Shown: positions 41,969 to 45,210 of the stretch, piece by piece
Position numbering within the stretch: the stretch's first letter is position 1
Layout of the letters: each line of letters starts with the position of its first letter
From: an uncultured Bifidobacteriaceae bacterium
Lineage (GTDB): Bacteria > Actinomycetota > Acidimicrobiia > IMCC26256 > JAENVU01
Reading direction: 5' to 3'
DNA: 45,210 nt
Assembly (NCBI GenBank): GCA_964639075.1
Contig: CAZXCB010000002.1
Coordinates: forward strand, 1 to 45,210
Notes under the pieces: model-generated
Database searches by the model: none
The model's input: the letters and a program-made list of their open reading frames with translations, nothing else
What the model was told of the DNA's origin: nothing
Made by a program: the position numbers and the translations under genes

Positions 41969-42811
41969 TTGAGCATCAAGACACGGCTCATCGGCGGGGC
42001 CAGCGCGCTGGCCATCGCCGGGGGCATGTTGGCGGCTGCGGCTGCGCCTGCGGGTGCCGTCGTCACCACCATCGGAACGTGCAATTCGTTGAAGGCGCTG
42101 GGCTCGGCCAAGAGCTCCACGATCAACCCGGCCACCCTCAAGCCCTACGGCATCGCCGACATCGACAACATCGACGGCACCATCAGCTCCAAGGGTGTCG
42201 ACCGGACCACGAACAAGGGCACGGACCTCGGTGGCTGCTTCTTCGTCACGGGCGAGGGTGTGCCGGACAGCGGCAAGCCGGTCGGCCTGTGGGGACCGGG
42301 TCTCGGCCCGCTCGGCCGGCACAACATCACGAAGTGGAGCACCAAGCTCTTCTCGCGTGAGTTCGACTGTGACACGACGGACACCGGTGACACCACCGAG
42401 TGGGCGCCCAGCGGTGCGCTGTCGTTCACGTTCTCGGACCAGAACAACCTCCTGAAGGGCAACGCCATCACCGCCCAGGTGACGGTCGACGGCTTCACCG
42501 ACCCGGACAACGACCCGGGCACCCCGAGTGACGTCGTGGAGCTGCACGGCATCGTCAGCAAGGGCGCAGCCCTCGGTGCCGATGTGACCGGCGAGACCGA
42601 GTTCGACCCGACGGTCAAGGACACGTCCCAGACGACGGCAGTGCCGTACTTCGGGTACCAGTTCGACCTCCTCGGTGCGCTCGGCTGCACGACGGCGACG
42701 CAAGGTGACGCCAACATCCTCACCTTCGTCAACGGCGACAACGGCGCGGGTGCCAGCGAGCTGCTGGGTCTCCCGGTCGCGGGGATCACCTTCACGAAGG
42801 GCACGCCCTGA
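41969..42811 (+). CDS. Sec-type secreted protein of unknown function
   Basis: The TTG start is preceded by AAGGAG. Signal peptide LSIKTRLIGGASALAIAGGMLAAAAAPAGA. The ~250-aa mature part is rich in Thr/Asp/Gly with 4 Cys. Followed by a perfect terminator. Confidence 0.65.
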   Translation: MSIKTRLIGGASALAIAGGMLAAAAAPAGAVVTTIGTCNSLKALGSAKSSTINPATLKPYGIADIDNIDGTISSKGVDRTTNKGTDLGGCFFVTGEGVPDSGKPVGLWGPGLGPLGRHNITKWSTKLFSREFDCDTTDTGDTTEWAPSGALSFTFSDQNNLLKGNAITAQVTVDGFTDPDNDPGTPSDVVELHGIVSKGAALGADVTGETEFDPTVKDTSQTTAVPYFGYQFDLLGALGCTTATQGDANILTFVNGDNGAGASELLGLPVAGITFTKGTP

Positions 42812-42853
42812 GTAGCGTCATCCGGTCCCGCTGAAGGGTCCGGCAGTTCCACC

Positions 42854-42893
42854 GGAGGACCCGCCCCCGAGGGGGCGGGTCCTCCTTCTTTTC
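42854..42893 (+). terminator. Rho-independent terminator
   Basis: Perfect 14-bp stem ggaggacccgcccc / ggggcgggtcctcc with loop cgag, followed by ttcttttc, 43 nt after the stop at 42811. Confidence 0.75.
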
Positions 42894-42945
42894 ACGACCG
42901 CTGTTCAGGACCGGGCTGTTCACGACCGGGCTGTTCACGACCGGG
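42891..42945. repeat. 15-bp tandem direct repeat, ~3.7 copies (CTGTTCACGACCGGG)
   Basis: Read directly: ttcacgaccg / ctgttcaggaccggg / ctgttcacgaccggg / ctgttcacgaccggg. It begins inside the terminator's T-tract. Confidence 0.85.
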
Positions 42946-43107
42946 CGACTCCCGGGACCCGCGATCCGCGGCGCCTTCATGCCCGGCGGACGGACGACTC
43001 GGGCGGCGGTCCGGAGCCCGGCCCGCCGGAGCCGCGCGAGCGGGTCGGGACCCCGTCTGACGTTCGCCCCGGATGCTCCCGGGTGGGGTGCTTCGCGGAG
43101 CCCGGCG

Positions 43108-44367
43108 TCAGGGGATCTGGCAGGACCAGGGGGCGTGGAACGAGTCGCCGACGAGCGTGTCGTTGGTCAGGTCGGCCGGGCTGCTGACCGCGGCCACCCC
43201 GCAGGCGATGGTCGTGTCACCGCTCTGGAACCCTACGTAGCCGAGCGGCTCGGCACTGCTGCCGACCCACGTGAGCAGGCCGTCGGTGATCGTGGCGGGC
43301 TCCGTGCGACCACCGACGAAGCCGAGCGTCGCCTGGGTGATACCGGGAGGCACCGCGGCCACCACGGCCGCCGTCGGGGCCTTCGTGCCGTCGGTCCACA
43401 GGACGAACTCGACCTGGTCGGCGGGGTCGTCGTCCGCCGACGCCGGGGCGATGCAGCGGGTGTCGGTCTGGTAGTTGGGTTGGACGACCTCGAGCGGCGG
43501 GGTGCTCGACCACCGCCAGCAGCTCGTGCCGTTCCGGCCGGGTGCCTGTCCCAACGTCCACGCGACGCCCCCGTCGTTCCCGGTCCGCACGGTGCGATAG
43601 GGCCCGATCGGTCCGGGCGCCGGCGGCGTCTTGGCCGCGAGCTCACCGGCAGGCGGGACCTGCACGTCGGGCGCGACCTCGGAGTACGAGACGTCCAGCT
43701 GCACCTTCTCGGCTCCGGAGGTCACGGTGATGCGCCGCGCGCGGTCGCGGCCGTCGAGCAGCACCTCCGCACGCTTCGGACCGAGCCAGTTGAACAGGAT
43801 CCCGCTGTTGTCGGTCACGACCACCTTCCGCGTGGCGACGCCCCCGACCTCGGGCCCGTCGCTGACCGTCTGCTTCCCGGTCGACGAGAGCGCCGCGACG
43901 AGGTCGGGTGGCGAGAGCGGCGCGACCACCCGGGACACGATGTTGTCGGCGGGGATGGTGACCCAGATCGCGGTGTCCGGCCGCAACCCGGTGAGCTGGC
44001 CCAACGGCGACCGGCCGTACTGGTCCGCGGTCACGGTGCGGCGGACGTAGACGTGACCCCCCGTCCACCGGGCGTCGAGGTCCGGTGCAGGCTCGCCCGG
44101 GAGCCGGCCCGATGCGGTGCCCTGCCCGTCGGCGAAGTCCCCCTGCCAGCGGATGGCGTAGCTGCCGTCGCCGCTCGTGAGGTGGATCTCGCCCTTCGCG
44201 GTCCCCTCGGCCTCGCGCAGCGCCGCCGCGGCCTCACCGAGGACGGAGTGCTCGCCGGCGGGCTCCGCGGAGCCCGCATCGGAGCAGCAGGCGGCGAGGG
44301 CGAGGGTCGCGGTGAGGGCCGCGGCGGTGAGGGCGCGCGCGCGTCGGGTGGCGGAGGCGTTCGGCAC
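43108..44367 (-). CDS. Lipoprotein of unknown function
   Basis: GTG 44367 gives VPNASATRRARALTAAALTATLALAAC (lipobox LAAC). 419 aa; the C-terminal half has 4 Cys. The longer track ORF (to 45189) is rejected as read-through. Confidence 0.7.
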   Translation of the reverse strand: MPNASATRRARALTAAALTATLALAACCSDAGSAEPAGEHSVLGEAAAALREAEGTAKGEIHLTSGDGSYAIRWQGDFADGQGTASGRLPGEPAPDLDARWTGGHVYVRRTVTADQYGRSPLGQLTGLRPDTAIWVTIPADNIVSRVVAPLSPPDLVAALSSTGKQTVSDGPEVGGVATRKVVVTDNSGILFNWLGPKRAEVLLDGRDRARRITVTSGAEKVQLDVSYSEVAPDVQVPPAGELAAKTPPAPGPIGPYRTVRTGNDGGVAWTLGQAPGRNGTSCWRWSSTPPLEVVQPNYQTDTRCIAPASADDDPADQVEFVLWTDGTKAPTAAVVAAVPPGITQATLGFVGGRTEPATITDGLLTWVGSSAEPLGYVGFQSGDTTIACGVAAVSSPADLTNDTLVGDSFHAPWSCQIP

Positions 44368-44443
44368 GGCCGCATTCTCGCGCGGGCGACGACCGATCCG
44401 GGTTCGGGCGCCGTACACTCTGCGCTCCCCAAGGGAGGCTCGG

Positions 44444-45210
44444 ATGGTTCGCACGTGGGTCGCGGTGGTGGCGGTCGCGGTCGTGATGGCGCTCGCCGGC
44501 TGCACCAGCGACGGCGGCAGCAGTGCCGGCGACGGCTTCCGGGTCCCGGACCTGGAGGGCAAGGACTGGACGCCGGCCGGCCTCGCCACCGCGAGGTCCA
44601 CCGTCGACGCGATCGCCAGCGGCATCCCCGGGCAGTGCGCCGACGCGAAGGTCAGCGACATCTCGACGCTCCCGTTCGGGATGGAGCAGGTGCACAGCCA
44701 GATCGTCCCGACCGCGCAGATGACCTGCAACGTGAACGACGAGGTCGTCGAGATCAGCGTGTTCGCCAGCGCGCGCGAGCGCGACCGGTTCGTCGACGAC
44801 CGCTCGACGGGGCTGTGCCGCCTCGCCGCGGCCCAGGCCAAGCGGTACAAGAGCAGGCTCTCCTTCCCGGGGTTGCGCTGGGACGTCGGCGCCGGCAACG
44901 TCACGGTCCAGCCCGACAGCGAGTCGCTGGCCCGCCGGCTGACCGTGATCACCGGGGGGAGGTACGACCCGCGCCGCTGCGCGAAGGGGCCCCACTCGGA
45001 CTGGAACCCGGCGGCCGTCACCGCGCTCGACGCGCTGGGGGCGAAGATCGCGGGTTCCGGGCACGGGTGCGGGTTCGTCGACCTCGTCAACCGGCAGAGC
45101 TTCCCGCGCACGCAGTCGTTCACCGACGCGCAGCTGCCCCTCGCGACGGGGAACTGTGCGTTCGACGGCACGACGATCGGGCTGATCACCCACCTCCGGT
45201 CGACCCCGCA
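44444..45210 (+). CDS. Lipoprotein of unknown function, 3' end outside window
   Basis: Not in the ORF track because it has no stop in the window. GGGAGG lies 6 nt upstream of ATG 44444. MVRTWVAVVAVAVVMALAGC carries lipobox LAGC. The frame stays open with high GC3 to nt 45210. Confidence 0.7.
   Translation, partial: MVRTWVAVVAVAVVMALAGCTSDGGSSAGDGFRVPDLEGKDWTPAGLATARSTVDAIASGIPGQCADAKVSDISTLPFGMEQVHSQIVPTAQMTCNVNDEVVEISVFASARERDRFVDDRSTGLCRLAAAQAKRYKSRLSFPGLRWDVGAGNVTVQPDSESLARRLTVITGGRYDPRRCAKGPHSDWNPAAVTALDALGAKIAGSGHGCGFVDLVNRQSFPRTQSFTDAQLPLATGNCAFDGTTIGLITHLRSTP

Noticed and set aside
43108-44367. Assignment of the lipoprotein to the LppX/LprG/LolA-like lipid-carrier fold
   Set aside because: There is only a vague resemblance in size and beta-rich composition of the N-terminal half, and I cannot point to a motif. 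It is left as a lipoprotein of unknown function.
1-45210. Mobile elements, CRISPR arrays, tRNA/rRNA genes and defence systems
   Set aside because: No transposase, integrase or recombinase-like ORFs were seen. There are no regularly spaced repeats other than the 15-bp minisatellite and the coding microsatellites. No cloverleaf-like or rRNA-like segments were recognised by eye. tRNAscan/Infernal would be needed for a definitive negative.

Overview
High-GC actinobacterial-type chromosomal DNA, called by reading the six-frame track and the sequence only; no searches were run. The window opens with the end of the ribosomal-protein/spc supercluster (secY 3' part, adk, map). From nt 2327 to about 41657 it is an almost gap-free, roughly 39 kb cell-envelope glycan biosynthesis region. 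I call 15 glycosyltransferase-like genes: 4 GT1/GT4-type, 6 GT2-type, 2 uncharacterised GT-A-like paralogs, 2 GT-C-fold paralogs and 1 WecA/MraY-like initiating transferase. Other genes are a CapD/PglF-type membrane 4,6-dehydratase, a UDP-HexNAc-type dehydrogenase, 2 GNAT acetyltransferases, a CE4 polysaccharide deacetylase and a SAM methyltransferase. There are also five sulfotransferase-family genes, a Wzz/BY-tyrosine-kinase fusion and a Wzm/Wzt ABC exporter pair. The most unusual element is a translationally coupled five-gene operon at 15483-20416. It encodes a PqqD-like (RiPP-recognition-element) protein, an NTP_transf_5-type nucleotidyltransferase, a 514-aa polytopic membrane protein, an HprK-like P-loop kinase, and a PqqD::degenerate-HprK fusion. 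This peptide-tailoring gene set sits inside a glycan locus with no lasso cyclase, protease or obvious precursor. The right end holds a Sec-type secreted protein with a strong SD and a perfect terminator, a 15-bp tandem repeat, and two divergent lipoprotein genes. I saw no rRNA, tRNA, CRISPR array, transposase or integrase. Many long track ORFs are antisense or read-through artefacts of the high GC content. Start codons were chosen from paralog alignment, GC3 by eye and recurrent 4-nt stop/start overlaps, and are less certain than stops.
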